Positions 1 through 14,657 of a stretch of DNA of 64,000 nt are shown one piece after another (the stretch's first letter is position 1; each line of letters opens with the position of its first letter). The stretch lies in the NCBI RefSeq assembly GCF_036588685.1, contig NC_086383.1, forward strand, positions 27,404,001 through 27,468,000. The letters run 5' to 3'. The notes below the pieces were generated by a model. That model was not told the DNA's origin. It worked only from the letters and a program-made list of their open reading frames with translations, and did not search any database. The position numbers and the translations under genes are program-made. Source of the stretch: Mytilus trossulus (taxonomy: Eukaryota).

Positions 1-3000
1 AAACATACATCAGAGATAAAATTCGGAAAATATATATCCAAATATGTGTTGATTACCTTATTTGTTGTTAGTTTCGTTGTGTTTTGGGTACTGTTGTTTG
101 TATGTTTCATTTTGCGTTAAGCAACGTCGTTTATTTCGACTTATGACTTTAAAAATAAATGTTTAATATGTTGTGTTGTTGGCAAATCACCAATCATTTG
201 GATTTATGATACCCTCGGGGACATACAGGCGGAATCACTCAGTGCTTAAAAATGAAAATAATCCTTTAAGTATATTTGGTGCACCAGAAGCCTTTGTAGG
301 TTAAAATAAACCATTAGATTGTATGGGCGCAGACATTATATGAACATTTCAAGCAAAACATGGTATTCAGAATAAAGAGTATGGCTAATCCTGATTGGTC
401 GATATATGCGACCGTTTTTTTTTTTTATTATTAGAGACTTTGTGCACTCTGCATTATACCAAAGACCAAATAAATTATTTTCCTTAGCACTAACGGAACT
501 GAGACGTCTTTTCAACGCACGAATTTTAAGTGCAAAATTGATAGGCATTGGAGATAGTACTAATTACGTCAGGAAAAGAAACGTGAATCTATATTTTTTG
601 GACTAAAACATGCTGTCCTAATAACATATCTTCAATTCTATCAAGGTTTGGTTTAAAAAATATACTTTCTGTATCTCGAAAAAGGCTATCATTGTCGCCT
701 ATGAGGAAATTAATTGTTTATTTCAATCTCTAAATTTACCCGCTTCATCAGGAAATCTCGAATCGTACACAAATCAATATTTAAACATATTTGAAAGAAA
801 TCGCCTACAATGTTCTTTTTTCATAAAACAAATTAAAACAGGTAGTCAAATAAGACAGAAATGAAGTTTTAATATATAAATTTAGCATTTAAAGACATCA
901 AAATAAAAATAAAAGTCAAAGTTTTATATTCTTTCTAACTTAAACAGATTCTCTAGAATTTGTTGAATACATTGACATTTTTGTCAAACGCATTAAAAAG
1001 ACAAACGTCTAAACATTGTTTTTTTTTCATGCTGGATTTCACGTAAAATATTATACGCTGAATACCTATTTGTTTAAAAAGAAATAATTCGTCATCGTTA
1101 GTTTGAAAACATTTGACACAATAGCTATAATACAAAAAAAAATCAATTCGTTGTTTAAGTCGTTTACTAGTACATATTTTGATCGTTAACAGCGACTTAT
1201 TTGTACAGACACAGTTTTTCTTTCCCGAAATCTTTTTTATTTTTTGGTTTGTAGATTGTATATAAAATGAGAGTTAGTGGTATATATAGAAAAGAAGATT
1301 TGGTATGATTACAAATGAGACAACTCTTCACTTAGACAAAAATGACACAGAAATTACCAACTATAGGTCACTGTATGGACTACAACTATGGGATAAACTG
1401 AAACTACATAGTCAGCTATAAAATGCCCGGAAATTTCAAATGTAAAACAATTCAAACGAAAATACTATGTACAGAATAGTGAACGAAATACAAATATGTA
1501 ACACAGTAACTAACGACAACCAATGAATTACATGCCCCTTACATGGAACAGGCACATACAGCATTCGGTGGGGGAAACAAGTAAGCGGGATCCCATTCAT
1601 TCCATAACCTTTGACAGTGGTATAACAGAATAACATAAGAACAAACTATTATAATAAAAAACAGTTTAAAAAGGCCGAATTTATCAGATGGATACAAATA
1701 GAAATATATCTAACAAAAACACAGAGTGGACGTGGGCGGGTACTTGTACATCCCAACACCCTAAAGCCACGTGGGCGGGTACTTGTACATCCCAAAACCA
1801 AAAAGACACTAAATACAGATCTGAGGGTACTCAGCAGTATAGTTAGCAAGTGCAGACCCAATAACAACTAATGAAAACAGGTCAAACATGTATTTCTCAT
1901 TTCCCCTGTATTCGGTTCTCTCACATCACAAAATCAAAAGTTGTCAAACTTCATAAAATTTGAATAAAAAGGGTCATGATCATATTCTAACAATAAAAAC
2001 TCTAATAATGTTATAAAAAAGTTAAATAACAAAAATATGGAACTCAAAAGTAAACATATAAAATCAAATGGCTATTTAAATCAAAAGATCATGCGTGCAA
2101 ACACACCAAACGTCATATTGACTTGGTACAGGCATTTCCTTATGTAGAAATTGAAAACTACAGGAGTGCTTTATACATAATTGCATTTTACATTTTTTTT
2201 TTTTAGCAAAACTGTGCATCAAAGTATTTTTATAACAATCACGAGTTTAATTGTATCCATCAAACAATATAAAGTATCTAGTCCATTAAAAAATAATTTT
2301 GGTTCTAAAAATAAATTCAATGTCGTATACACATACATGTATATATCATATAGATACATTATATTAGTTTTTGTAGACAAAAGGCTCGTGCAGCTTTCCA
2401 AGTCGGGTATAATATAACCAGTCATTTAAGAATAATAAACTGCTAACACATAGTAATTTAATGCCAAAGGAGAAAAGCCACTATGCTTACTTAACTTTGT
2501 TTTTTTCCGCAGCTAAACAATAACTTGCTACTTAATTGGAGAAATTGGTATTTCATTACGATGTAATTTCTCGACATTAGTCACAGAGGCGGAGCAAAGG
2601 TTAATAATTAATGCGATCTTCGGTTACGATGTATGCGCCTACGGATTTCCAGTATTGTTTATAGTTGAGTAAGAGGGCTTGAACAGTCTTTGAGAAGCGG
2701 GTCTTGAAAGCAAAAGTCCAAGAAACTAGAAGGTAAGGTTTGAACACTATTTGAAAATAATTATTTTAATATACTTGTACATCTTTAGGAAAAAGACTGT
2801 TTTCTTGAGAGATAGTTCCTAAAATGAAAAAAAAAGAGTATATCATAGGATTTATCCCGTTTATGTCAATTGTTTGATATGAAAATACTGTTTACAAATA
2901 ATTTGATACACACCAAACTATCTTTTTAATATTCAAATTTAAAAAATAAATAATCACATACCGTATTTGGTCGTTTGTAGTCCGCATTTTTTGCCATGGC

Positions 3001-3382
3001 GTTGTCAGTTTGTTTTAGATTTATGAGTTTGACTGTCCCTTTGGTATCTTTCGTCCCGCATTTTTACCCAAAAATATATAGTAAAGTTTGTTTCCAGCAA
3101 AACCGATATTGGAAATCAAAGTTAAAATTAGATATACAGAAGTACTTATTAGTTTATATTTCATTATATTTTCAAAACAATTAATCTGTTCTTTTGGGGC
3201 AGTGCAATATTTTTTGGCACAATTGATACATTGGTTGGGCGCATATGATGTATTGTAGGGATGCAATTGAATGATACATTTGACGCTGATGCAGATTGCT
3301 TTTATTTTCGTTTTTTTGTGTCGTAAAGTTGGTGACACATTATATAATTAGTTATCAAAGGTACCATTATTATAATTGAGTA

Positions 3383-3424
3383 CGCCAGACGCGCGTTTCG
3401 TCTACACAAGACTCATCAGTGACG
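3383..3424 (-). ncRNA. Minimal type I hammerhead ribozyme with intact core, in a 5'-truncated retrozyme-like copy (3349-3425)
   Basis: Minus strand: CGUCA-CUGAUGA-GUCU ugugu AGAC-GAAA-C GCGC G-UC^UGGCG. Stem I 5 bp, stem II 4 bp, one-bp stem III closed by a palindromic loop, GUC cleavage triplet. Confidence 0.85.
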
Positions 3425-4727
3425 ACGATAAATGTCTATTTAGTTTAAATCGAGGTCAACTTATTTGATATTAAAAAAAAATGAAGAGATTATAAACCAG
3501 AAGGACAAAAAGTATAGCAAAATACGGACAAGAAATCAGAGTTTTGTAGGATTGAGATATATATAATAATTCCTTAATATAAAGATATGATATTTTTTTT
3601 TATGAAATACCTGCATATTCAGTCCATTACCAAAGTACTGGTTACTGGGTGTTTGATACTCTTGGGGACTAAGGTCAAATGGTAAAAATGCCAACACTTA
3701 TACACTAATAAGGTTAATAATTCATGTATCTATATTACCAGTTATTGTAGTTTTTAGTGCCTAAACTCATACAATGTATTCATACATAATAAAATCTCAG
3801 AAATTTACCAGAAAAAATTATATTCGGTGTTGGCATGAATATCTAGGATGTAATGGTTTTTTTTTCTAAAAAGTTCTTAATTTGATGAGAGAGAAAAAGC
3901 TGGTCAAGCAGCTGACAAAAACACTGAACCCTTATTTTCATTATACCTTATAGTGTTAAATTTTGAAAAACAAGACATTAACTTGATCGAAAGCGATGAA
4001 AATCTAAATACAAATGTTCTGAATCAGACAAATTTGTATTTTGTTGAACATTTGAATACGTGGTTCTTCTGTACCCACGAAATCCACGAAAATTGGTATC
4101 CAACGAAAATTAATAAATCCGCAGTATTTAACAAGAGCTTCGACAAGTAAACGTATACCGTATTCGTAGTAGTCTCATACTGGTACCGAGTGCAATCGGG
4201 TCAAACCATTGTTATTATATTGTTATCCATTGCTTCTCCCCAAAGTACTAATTATTTTGGAGTACGGACGAAACCAGAATCAGATGACGTGTCCTGCCGA
4301 AGACTTCCTTCTGAGTGCGCACATTTAAATCCGACTCTTGTATAAAGGAGGCTATTAACAAGAGACTACTTTTTGAATGAGGAACTATTTGTATAAACAA
4401 CATACTCAATTGGCGAGCAAAGTTTTTTTTCACGATTTTATAGTATAAGTCTTAAAAACATAATATATAACATAATGTCTTGGCGATTAAAAGGGAGATG
4501 AACGCATTTCACTTCTCCTTTATCTACAACTGGATCATATTCATATTAATTCATGTAGCAACTTAACGGAATCTCGCACGCTATTCCAATTAAAATATGA
4601 TACTTCCTGTGACCACTTTGCACCAAGACAAAACCAACCCTGTAACGCGATACAGATCCAGACAAACAAATCCAGGGATATAAAAAAATGGATAGTGATG
4701 CAAAAACGTGATCCTTGTACGTAGTAA

Positions 4728-5042
4728 GGGAGCTACCATTTGATTTTTAGGGGGGGGGGGGGGGGCTAGGATGAAAAATGTTGCCCTGCCTTTTTTTTTT
4801 TAGCTGTAATCTATGTCCTGCCTTTTTATTTTTCACTCTGTTCGGTCCTGCCTTTTTTTTTAAGTTTGTCCTTACTTTTTTTTACCTAAATTGTCGTCCT
4901 GACTTTTTTATTTGCAAGTGTTTCATCCTGCTTTTTTTGCAAGTGTCTCATCCTGCCTTTTTATTTTTACTCAAAACTCCTGTCCTGCCTATTTTTTTCA
5001 AATTTCATCCTAGCCCCCGATAAAAATCAAATGGTAGCTCCC
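4728..5042. mobile_element. PIF/Harbinger (Tourist-like) MITE
   Basis: TIRs GGGAGCTACCATTTGATTTTTA..GGGGGCTAGGATGAAA / TTTCATCCTAGCCCCC..TAAAAATCAAATGGTAGCTCCC, TAA on both flanks (4725-4727, 5043-5045), and internal TCCTGCCTTTTT repeats. Confidence 0.85.
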
Positions 5043-5616
5043 TAAATGAAAGTCGTGTTCTCATTTTCTCTAGTAAGTTTTCCATTCCAATGTTTATAGA
5101 ATTACATGTCATAGTATACTAAACGGATGTTCATATCGAATTTAGATCGAAAATATAATATACATATCAGTTGAAGGATGAGGATTGGAAGAATAAAAAA
5201 GACAATTATATCTTCATCCGGAATCTATATTGGAATCAATTACATACTTATCCAATACTAAAATTATAGTATTCTTCTTTCTATGTAATCTACATCAGTA
5301 CAGTTTCATTTCATTTGTGCGCGTCATGGCAACGCCCCAAAAACTAATAATATCGTATCTTAGCCTGTGTCTTCACGTCACACGAGTTTAAATTTCTGTA
5401 CAGACGAATTATAATTTTGCAAATGTTTTGATCTTGGCTTACTTTGCATTATATTGCATTGGTATTGTTAATTAAAAATGTTATTTTGAAAGGTTATTGA
5501 TGTATAAATTATAGAATGCTATCGTTTGTAAAAGAAAATGTATCATTTGTCTAAGAAAGATAATGTGTGCACGAATAAAAAATATTTTTTTCATCTAAGA
5601 ATAGATGTCTTTTGCG

Positions 5617-6031
5617 AGATACTTTAAATTAGTTTAAACTCTGCCTTTTAACTTAAAATCGAGATATTTTAAATAAGCTTAAACTCTGCTTTTTAATTTA
5701 ATATCATGATACTTTAAATAAGCTTAAACTCGGCCTTTTAACTTAAAATCGAGATATTTTAAATAAGCTAAAACTCTGTCTTTTTAACTTGATATCGAGA
5801 TACTTTAAATATGCTTAAACTCTTAAGGGCCGTTCTTTAACCTATAATGGTTTACTTTTTAAATTGTTATTTGGATGGAGATTGACACTTACACCACATC
5901 TTCCTATATCTAAACTCTGCTTTATAACTTAATATCGAGATACTTTAAATAAGCTTAAACTCTGGATTTTTAACTTAATATCGAAATACTTTAAATAAGC
6001 TTAAACTCTGTCTTTTCACTTAAATATCGAG
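5617..6031. repeat. ~44-bp minisatellite, interrupted at ~5825-5910 by a dispersed-repeat fragment
   Basis: Unit ATCGAGATACTTTAAATAAGCTTAAACTCTG..TTTTAACTT. Confidence 0.8.
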
Positions 6032-7512
6032 GTGCGGATACTACCAAATAGGCGTTTAAACGCATAAGTCGTAATATAACTTAAAAAAAACAAAAACGCA
6101 AAAAACAGCAGAAAAACAACCTACAAAAAATTAAGACTGAAAATGTAAGTCTTGTAAATACGGGGTTATCTCATTTGCTCGACGGGTAAGCCGATCTTGC
6201 TCTTCTTGTGGCACCTGTCGAACAAATCGCTTATAATTTTTATCTTATTAAATATCAATAACGGTGAACTATCAACGAAAGGCTTGATTATTTCCATATG
6301 TTCCATTTCATTTTCATGCTACGCTCACAAGTAATTCGAATTAAACGTAAATTCTAATTCGAATTGCAATGCGCGTCCAAACGACGGTAACTTTTAATTC
6401 GTATCAACAAAAACGGATTTCGTTCATCAAATTAGCCAATTCAAATCAATTCGAATTAAAAAGGAAGATTGTGTGAACGCGATTAGCGATTTCGATTTGC
6501 ATTCGATTCGATTGAAATGTACGTTATGTATACGTGTAAACTAGGCATCATTTTCAAATAAATGCTATTCGTTTTACAATTATTTAATGAAGGAGTAACT
6601 ATTATATATTGGCTCTATCACACACCTCCTCTCTTTCATAAAGAAAATATAAAAAAAGTCATCAATGATGTTAAAAAAAGTAAAATTACTTCCTTTACAG
6701 CATTTGAAAAAATGCAATTACTGTACAAAAAAGTAATTAAATACAGGTTACGCATATAACACTATATAATCATTATTAGGTGACAGAGTTTTCTCGAAAG
6801 AAAAAAAACACCTTACATTAATATTATTTACAAAGTAATAAACAGTTTTAGTAATAAATAATATTGTTGAATCGTGTTTGTACTTTAAGTTCAAAGAGCA
6901 AGTGTTTTTAGGTTAAATGTTATTATATGGTAGAACGCTGAAGGTCTCGTTAAAACATTGTATCAAAAACAAATAAAATAAAACTTTAAAGGTTATAGTA
7001 GTTTATAAGGCATACTTGTCGTTTGTTTATGTGTTACATATTTGTTCTTTATCTTTCATTTTTTTACATAAATAAGGCCGTTAGTTTTCTCGTTTGAATT
7101 GCTTTACATTGTCTTATCGGGGCCTTTTAAAGCTGACTATGCGGGATGAGCTTTGCGTACGGTGATCTATATTTGTTAATGTCTGTGTCATTTTGGTCTT
7201 TTGTGGATAGTTGTCTCATTGGCAATCATACCACATCTTATTTTCTATATATACCCCAATTAAAGTGTATTTTTCAGAGGCAAATCAAAGCAAACAGTTG
7301 CATATTCAAAACTATCATTTTATTTTAGATGAGATCCCACATTAAAAACGAAATGGATAAAAATAAAAATTCCGCCATAACGAAACTTGTATGAGTACTC
7401 CTACATAATAGTTACTTCAAGACTTTTTTGTTTTTTGTGCTTATTACCTTTCGGAAGAATTAATGCTTACTTTAAGCAAGGATTTGTATAAATATACAAA
7501 TCCTTGCTTTAA

Positions 7513-7911
7513 GGATGTACTTAGGTGAGGTTAGGGGAAAATTAATAAATTAAGAAGTGAAAATTGATACAATAAGCTGGTAGAGCATCAATTGAGGATA
7601 CAAATAATCTAAAAATATTGATAGGTCATGGACCTCCTTTTCGAGATATTTGAGATTTAAAATATGGCAGGAAAAGGCTGACTCGGACTTTTACCTTATA
7701 TTTGCATAGGTATTATTGGGTCTCAAAAGAAAAGAAAGAAAATCAAGAATCTTCTAAAATTTGGGTAAATGACCTTTCATTAGCTATTAAGTCTTATATG
7801 AAAAAATAAATGGGTGTTATGGGGCAAAATATTTAACATTGTATTGTATGGAAAAACTCCAAGGAGTCCGAACATTTGACACAAATTCCAAAACCTCACC
7901 TAAGTACATCC
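7513..7911. mobile_element. Non-autonomous TTAA-target DNA transposon (Kolobok-like MITE)
   Basis: 20-bp TIR GGATGTACTTAGGTGAGGTT / AACCTCACCTAAGTACATCC with TTAA on both sides. The purine-purine start favours Kolobok over piggyBac. Confidence 0.8.
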
Positions 7912-8974
7912 TTAAAAACTATTTTTTACAGTTGTATACGCCAATGCATTTACGGGATGAATTACGGTATAACTTTGTATTTCTATCTGTTCGGATGCAC
8001 CTTATGTTCAAGATTTACGGGATGACTTACGGTATAACGTTGTATTTCTGTCTGTTGGGATGCACCGTATGTTCAGACAAAAAATAAATAAATACAAAAA
8101 CAATATCTAAAGACAGATTATGTTATAAGGTTATAATTGTTTGTGTTTATAAATGGGAATGTGTTTGACCCAAACCACAATTTCAATCAATATTGTGTCC
8201 ATTAGATAGTCATAAGAAAAGACACATGCATGTTATAAATATTGATCATGGAAATATTATTAGTAATTTTCTTTAATAAACCTAATAACCGTTGCTGAAT
8301 TTTCCGTCTATATTATTGATTTATTAATGAAATGCACATTTATACCCCGAGGAGTTGAATGCATATAAACAATATAAGTAATTGCACGTATCCGGCACAA
8401 ATGTAAACTACATTAACTTAGGTCGATTGTTTTTTTTCTCGTTTGAAATGTTTCACATTTTTCATGTCAAGCCGTTATAGCTGACTTATGAATTTTTGTT
8501 ATATTGGTTAAGGTACCTATTGAATTGCTTATATTCACGTCGAATGAACTCTGGTGGATGGTTGTCTCATTTATAATATACACGTACAACAAAATGGAAA
8601 ATGTAAATCCCTACTACTAAAAAGAAATGGGTCTTCTCAAATTTGATCATTTTGATAATGCTTGAATATATATTCTGAAATAAGAATATCGGATTCTTTC
8701 TTAAAATAAATATTGATAATAAAAAAAATATTATATTATTCAGTATACCTAATATTTAAGCAATGATTAAGCAAAGATGCTTTTGGTGTGTGATGGAAGT
8801 TTAGTACCACAAAGTGGACAGCAACATTCCACAATAACATAACACCCAGTGTTGTTCAACGACATTGTAAGGTTGAACATTTTTAGACCAATATTTTGAA
8901 GCCACATATTTGGAATGTTATTGACCAACACATTCTCTCTGTGACTTTTTTCAATCTTTATTCAGCTGTTCAAT

Positions 8975-9298
8975 ATCCTCACATTTATGACATTCGTGCG
9001 TGAAATTTTATCCTCACATGTATGATTGTGTGTGAAATTTTATCCAAAAGTTGATGACATTCGCGTATAAAATTTTATCAGGACATGTATGACGTTCGTG
9101 TCTGAAATTTTATCGAAACGTGGATGACATTCGTGTATTAAATTTTATCATGACTTGCATGTATGACGTTCGTTTGCGAAATTTTATCCTAACATGTATG
9201 ACATTGGTGTTTGAAACTGTATTCTAACATGTGTGTTATTCATGTGCAAAATTTTATTCTGACATGTATGACATTCGTATGTGGAATTTTATCCTAAC
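8975..9298. repeat. ~35-bp degenerate minisatellite
   Basis: Unit ATGTATGACATTCGTGTGTGAAATTTTATCCTAAC, about 9 copies. Confidence 0.8.
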
Positions 9299-10929
9299 CG
9301 TTTCCCTCGGTTTGGGTGTGTGACCCGGATTTGTTTTTTTTTCTATCGATTTATTAGTTTTGAACATTGGTATACTACTGCTGCCTTTATATATGACACC
9401 TGTTTTTGAAGTTTTATTATCACATGAACGATATTCGTTGTATGACATATTCGATCATTATAAAAGCATAAGCAGATATGTAAACTATTATAATGAAGAA
9501 GAAAAAAAGATTATTCGTTTCTATTTGGTATAGCATGCAAGTTGTTGTCCACCATTTCTCTAATTTTAAACTTTAAAATCATTATTTTCTATTCTTAATT
9601 TGTTTGTTTGTTTTTGCTTTTCTTTTATATGCCGATTTTTTTCTATTCTTTTTTTTTTTTATTAAGCACTTTTGCCATTATCCTTATTTCGTAAACCCAA
9701 GGAGGTTACTAGTATATGAGATATCATATAACCCCCTTGGTAAAACCAATCCAGTTTCTCATAAAATGCATACAGAAATCTATCTATATATCTATCGATG
9801 GACGGTAGATTTAATATTCGTTTGTAGTATATCATGTACATTCTGTTAAAAACGAGAACGTAGAAGATGTTTGCTGTTACAACTTTATATAACAAGCAAG
9901 TTCACATTCCCCTTTTCAGTTGACTGTCGTATGATTCGGGCATTAATTTCTGAAAAAGAAGCGATTATCAACACTTTATAAATATTTCATTTGATCCCAA
10001 TATAATTCATTTGATTTAAAATGACAGATTCGTAACAATGCACCTTTTTAATCAGAAAACTTACAAAATTAAATTATCAAATGCGAAAAAATGAGTTTGC
10101 AATAATCATGTTCGAGTACGAAATAACATCAAATGATTACTCGGAGTTCAGTATTTTTGTGATTTTACTTTTAAGTATAATTTCTTTGTGGACTAATTGT
10201 GCCCTGTAATTGCCAATTCATTGCTATACATTTATGATTCACAGTTTGTGGGTGAAAACTTCAAAACACGACCAAAGGTAATAAAATTGAGATCGTTAAA
10301 GGGGAAGACGTCAAAGAGACAACAACCCGACCAAACAGCAGATAAAAGACGATAAAAGGAAACACTACTCGATTTTTCGCTCCACTCATTTCACACTACT
10401 AACTCGATGTTTCGCTCCATACATTTCACACAACTAGCTTGACTAACATCACACAATTTTATACCCATTCAGTAATTTAACAATACTTTCAGTTTCTTTG
10501 AATAAATGTGTTTTTCGAAAAACAATCCTTTTTTTTTTTTTAGATAAGTATGTTAGTTGATGCATGTCTCAATATAAGAAAAAGACAGACAAATAAAGAC
10601 AATTATTGCTATTTAATAAGAAAATGAGTAATGAAGTCTTCATATAGACACATATGATACCCAATGGCCTCGTTTTGATTATAAATTATAATTCTTTAAT
10701 GGAAGGACATAGATTTTGTTCAAACTAAACAGCTTAAATGTAACTGTAAAAAGCATCATCATAATCAAAGACATTTTCTTTTTACAAATGCAAAAAACTG
10801 CGCGTAAAAGAAAATCCTGTTTTTAAGGATAAAGAAATCTCAAGAGGCTTTTTCTCCTCCGCTAAGTTAACTATAATTGATGGCATATTTTTATTTGTGT
10901 TATTTCTGTTGTACCTTTTGTTAGATATA

Positions 10930-11331
10930 TAAACTCACCATAGATACCAGGATTGAAATTTTACATTTACACCAGACACGCGTTTCGTCTACAAAAGACT
11001 CATTAGTGACGCTCGAATCCAAAAATGTTAAAAAAGCCAAATAAAGTACGAGGGTGAAGAGCATTGAGGACAAATAATTCCTAAAAGATTTGCCGAATAC
11101 AGCTAAAGTAATCTAAATTAATCAAGTAGAATAGCCTTAGTATTTTAAAAATTCAAAGTTTTGTTGAAAGTCAATTTATAATTATGAACATATTAATGAT
11201 AACTCGTAGTCAACACAGCAGTGCTGACTACTGGGCTGATGATGCTCTCGGAGTAATTAAATCTCCACCAGCAACTAAACTAACTCATCATAAATACTAG
11301 GATTGAAATTATATATTTTCGCCAGACGCGT
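10930..11331 (-). mobile_element. Retrozyme-like repeat, subfamily B, full monomer plus partial; hammerhead core mutated (CUAAUGA)
   Basis: The terminal sequence taaactca(c/t)catagataccaggattgaaatt occurs at 10930 and ~11281. Hammerhead remnant at 10970-11013. Confidence 0.7.
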
Positions 11332-12539
11332 ATTGCATTTTTATTTGTCTTTTGCATCACAGCAATTCCCCCCGAACCATAAACAATAAGAGAAAAAAAA
11401 TCAGAATATTTTGTGTAGTACATACAATGAAACAGAATAAGCCAGATCAATATTTAGTAATATTCACGAATCATTGCAATCATGACCTAATTTTGAAGTT
11501 AAATAATTCATACTTTCGATAATTTATATAGTGATGAACAATTGCCATGTTTTAATACGTTTTCGCATTACTTAGTCGCCGCTGTTGCTGTTGTAAAAGC
11601 GAGTCCCGTTAAAATCAACAAATGATTTAACAAAACATATGGATACACATTTAAAACTGTTAGCTGCATTTGGTGAAAAAGAATGGAAATTTGGGTCCCA
11701 AAAGCTCTTCCACTTCGTATTCTATTTTGTCGTTTTTCAAATTTTGATTCGAGTGTCGCTGATGATTCTTTTGTAGATGAAACGCGCTTCTGACATAAAA
11801 CCATCATCTGTTGTATCAGGGATCTATAATAATACTTCCATGGTTCTATGAATGCAATTTTAGGTTTATTCATTCCTATTTTGTTTAAAAGTGTTTGTAA
11901 GACAAGTGTCGCAATTCAGACAAAAAACGGTTTAGGAAATCCATGTACTTCAAAAGCATGTACCCAACACGATTTGCTTTCTCGTTAGTATCAAATAATT
12001 TGCATTAATCAAATATTTGCTGGCGTATCCGTATCGACGTATCGTATAGCACAAATGTGAGGAAAGGATAAATTAAGTCAAGTTGGTCCCGATGAAAATA
12101 TTTTATAATGCATAAAATTTTAATTGAGATCGGGGTTAAATCATTATTATAAACAGATCTGTCCAGTACGTATACGTCGATCCGTGTACGTATTCTGATA
12201 CGTGAATAATGCAAATGCTCCACTAAATCGTAAAGATGATGAGACCTACATAATTATCAGAGTTATTACCTGGATTCCAGACGTATTAATTCTAGTTGTT
12301 CGACATAATTTACACGTCTATCAACAAATTGAATACAAGATGTTGAAAAATTGCAATATCTTTGAAGACAATATATAATTAGTTTGTTTTGTCAACGTTG
12401 AAAAATATGACTACTATGGTTTAAGCAGGTGTTTCGTGAGATATTCAAGATAGAAATAAAGTGAAAAGTTATATCATTTCGTAATAAAAACAAAATAATT
12501 GTGTACCATGTGGTTGCTTGATAAGTCATTGATGACTAG

Positions 12540-12976
12540 TTATAAGAATAATTAGCACGATTGTTGTTCTGAGTTATTAAGGTAATAGCAAGTTCGTTGT
12601 TCCTTTCGTTATAATGGTAGTAGCAAGTCAATTGTCCCTGAGTTATGAGGGTAAAATCGAGTATGTTGTCTTAACGTTATGAGGGCAGAAGCAAGTCAAT
12701 TGCAGTCTGTGGGTTAGGAGGGTTATATAAGCAAGTTTATAATCCTGGTACTTTTGATAACTATTATTGTGGCTGAGTTATGAGGATACTAGTTTGTTTG
12801 TTTTTGCCGAATTTATGAAATAAAGTGAAAAAATATATATCATTTCGTAATCATGTTAGCAAGTTTGTTATCTCTGTTTTATGAGAATTTGAGGGTAAAA
12901 TCAAGAAGGCTGTCCCTGCATTATGAGGGTAATAGCAAGCAGTGTTTTCCCTTAGTTATGAAGCCAATAGCAAGTT
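12540..12976. repeat. Degenerate ~35-40-bp minisatellite
   Basis: Recurrent GTTATGAGGGTAATAGCAAGT motif. Confidence 0.6.
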
Positions 12977-14491
12977 TCTATGATTAGTATAGGTTGTCCG
13001 TGAATGACACTGCTTGAACGAAAGCACTATTATGTAATTCAGTGCATGGTTAACGATATTATATTTTTATTTTTCGTTTATTGTTTTGTAAATAAATCAG
13101 ACTGTTAGTTTTCCAGTTTGAATTCTTTTACATTTTTTTTTATCAGTTTAGAACCTTTTATAGGTTGTTATCCGGTATATGTTTTACTCATAGTCGAAGT
13201 CCGTATGTTAACCTACACCAATATGGTATCTGGTAGATTGTGGTCTAATTGGCGATCATACTTTGATTTTTAAACTATCTATTGATATATAATTCTCTTC
13301 TGAACATGGTTAAAGTTGAGGAAATGATTTATCAGTAGCGTCTGCTTTGAATATATACTAGTAATGAAAAATACAATATTCAATGCAAAGTGGACACAAC
13401 GCGTATCATACCATTCATCGGAGATCAACTCCGTTTTTGTGTTTTGTTTTAGTTTTCAAGGTTGTGTTTTGTTGGCTGTTGCTTATGTTTTGGTCGTTTG
13501 TCATTTTTCACCATGTCGTTGTTAGTTTATTTTTCTACGTCCTATACATTTGAATACTAGTATCCCTTTTGACCTTAGGGAATTCTTTCAAATTTCCTTG
13601 GTTACGCTAAACTGAGATTCTGAACGTATTTTTGGTATTTATGCATCCTTGACCCTTCAATATTTAGAGGACTATTTTGAGCCTGTTCTTAATATATTAA
13701 ATGAAAAAAAAAATAGAATAAAAGAAAAGACTTATATTTCCCCTGACTATAATAATAAATAACCTCAAAAATGTGGTGCACACTTTCGAATATTCAAGTA
13801 TTTCAAAGATTTTATCGAGAGTAAAAATCAGAAGTCATAATAATATTGTTTCCGTTGCAATACATGCAACATGTAACAGGTCATTAAAATCTTTTCAAAC
13901 TAAAACGAATTATTTTACTGAAAATGTCAACGATACAGAAATACCTCAATTGAGAATTTATCTTTAATCATTGATCAAAAGCAATTAATTAAATTGTAAG
14001 TAGGTTCATAGCCCGGAGAAACCTGATTATTCATTAAGAGTCATTTTTCTAAATATTTCATGGAAATTGACACTGTATACTGCTGATTTTAATGACTGAC
14101 ATGTCTAGATGAAATGTCAATGTTTGTCGATTTCTTTATCACGTGATCCCTAAAGAGAAAACGCATACAAATTCCCGCACTTTTTTTATCTTCTGGGACT
14201 CATCTATGACAAAACAATGCCAAGAGTCATTTTTATCTTGAAGCATGATGATGTATTGGGAAGCTAAATTGTACCATTCACTTTTGTCTTATTTGTTTAC
14301 GCTAATGAAATAATATGAATTCTAAAAGAAACATATGGCGTGTTTATTTCTGAAACGTATATGTATGCATTGAAAATGAAAATGACATTTTATCAAACTT
14401 TTACATCATAATCGCTTTGAAAAAAACCGAATGCATAAATGTGCATATATGTCAAGGATGTATAAAGACGTTTAAACGTTGAGAGCAATAA

Positions 14492-14657
14492 GACCAATAT
14501 TGACCACAAAGGAATAGTCAAATTCCTCTCAATGACCAATATTGACCACAAAGGAATAGTCAAATTCCTCTCAATGACCAATATTGACCACAAAGGAATA
14601 GTCAAATTCCTCTCAATGACCAATATTGACCACAAAGGAATAGTCAAATTCCTCTCA
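14492..14657. repeat. 42-bp minisatellite x~4
   Basis: GACCAATATTGACCACAAAGGAATAGTCAAATTCCTCTCAAT repeated perfectly. Confidence 0.95.

Noticed and set aside
11568-11670. Signal-peptide-like stretch on the minus strand (…HLLILTGLAFTTATAATK)
   Set aside because: Weak donor, no linked downstream exon found, and the ORF start lies in a retrozyme remnant.
14393-14647. 84-aa repeat ORF
   Set aside because: Translation of a perfect 42-bp minisatellite with no coding evidence.
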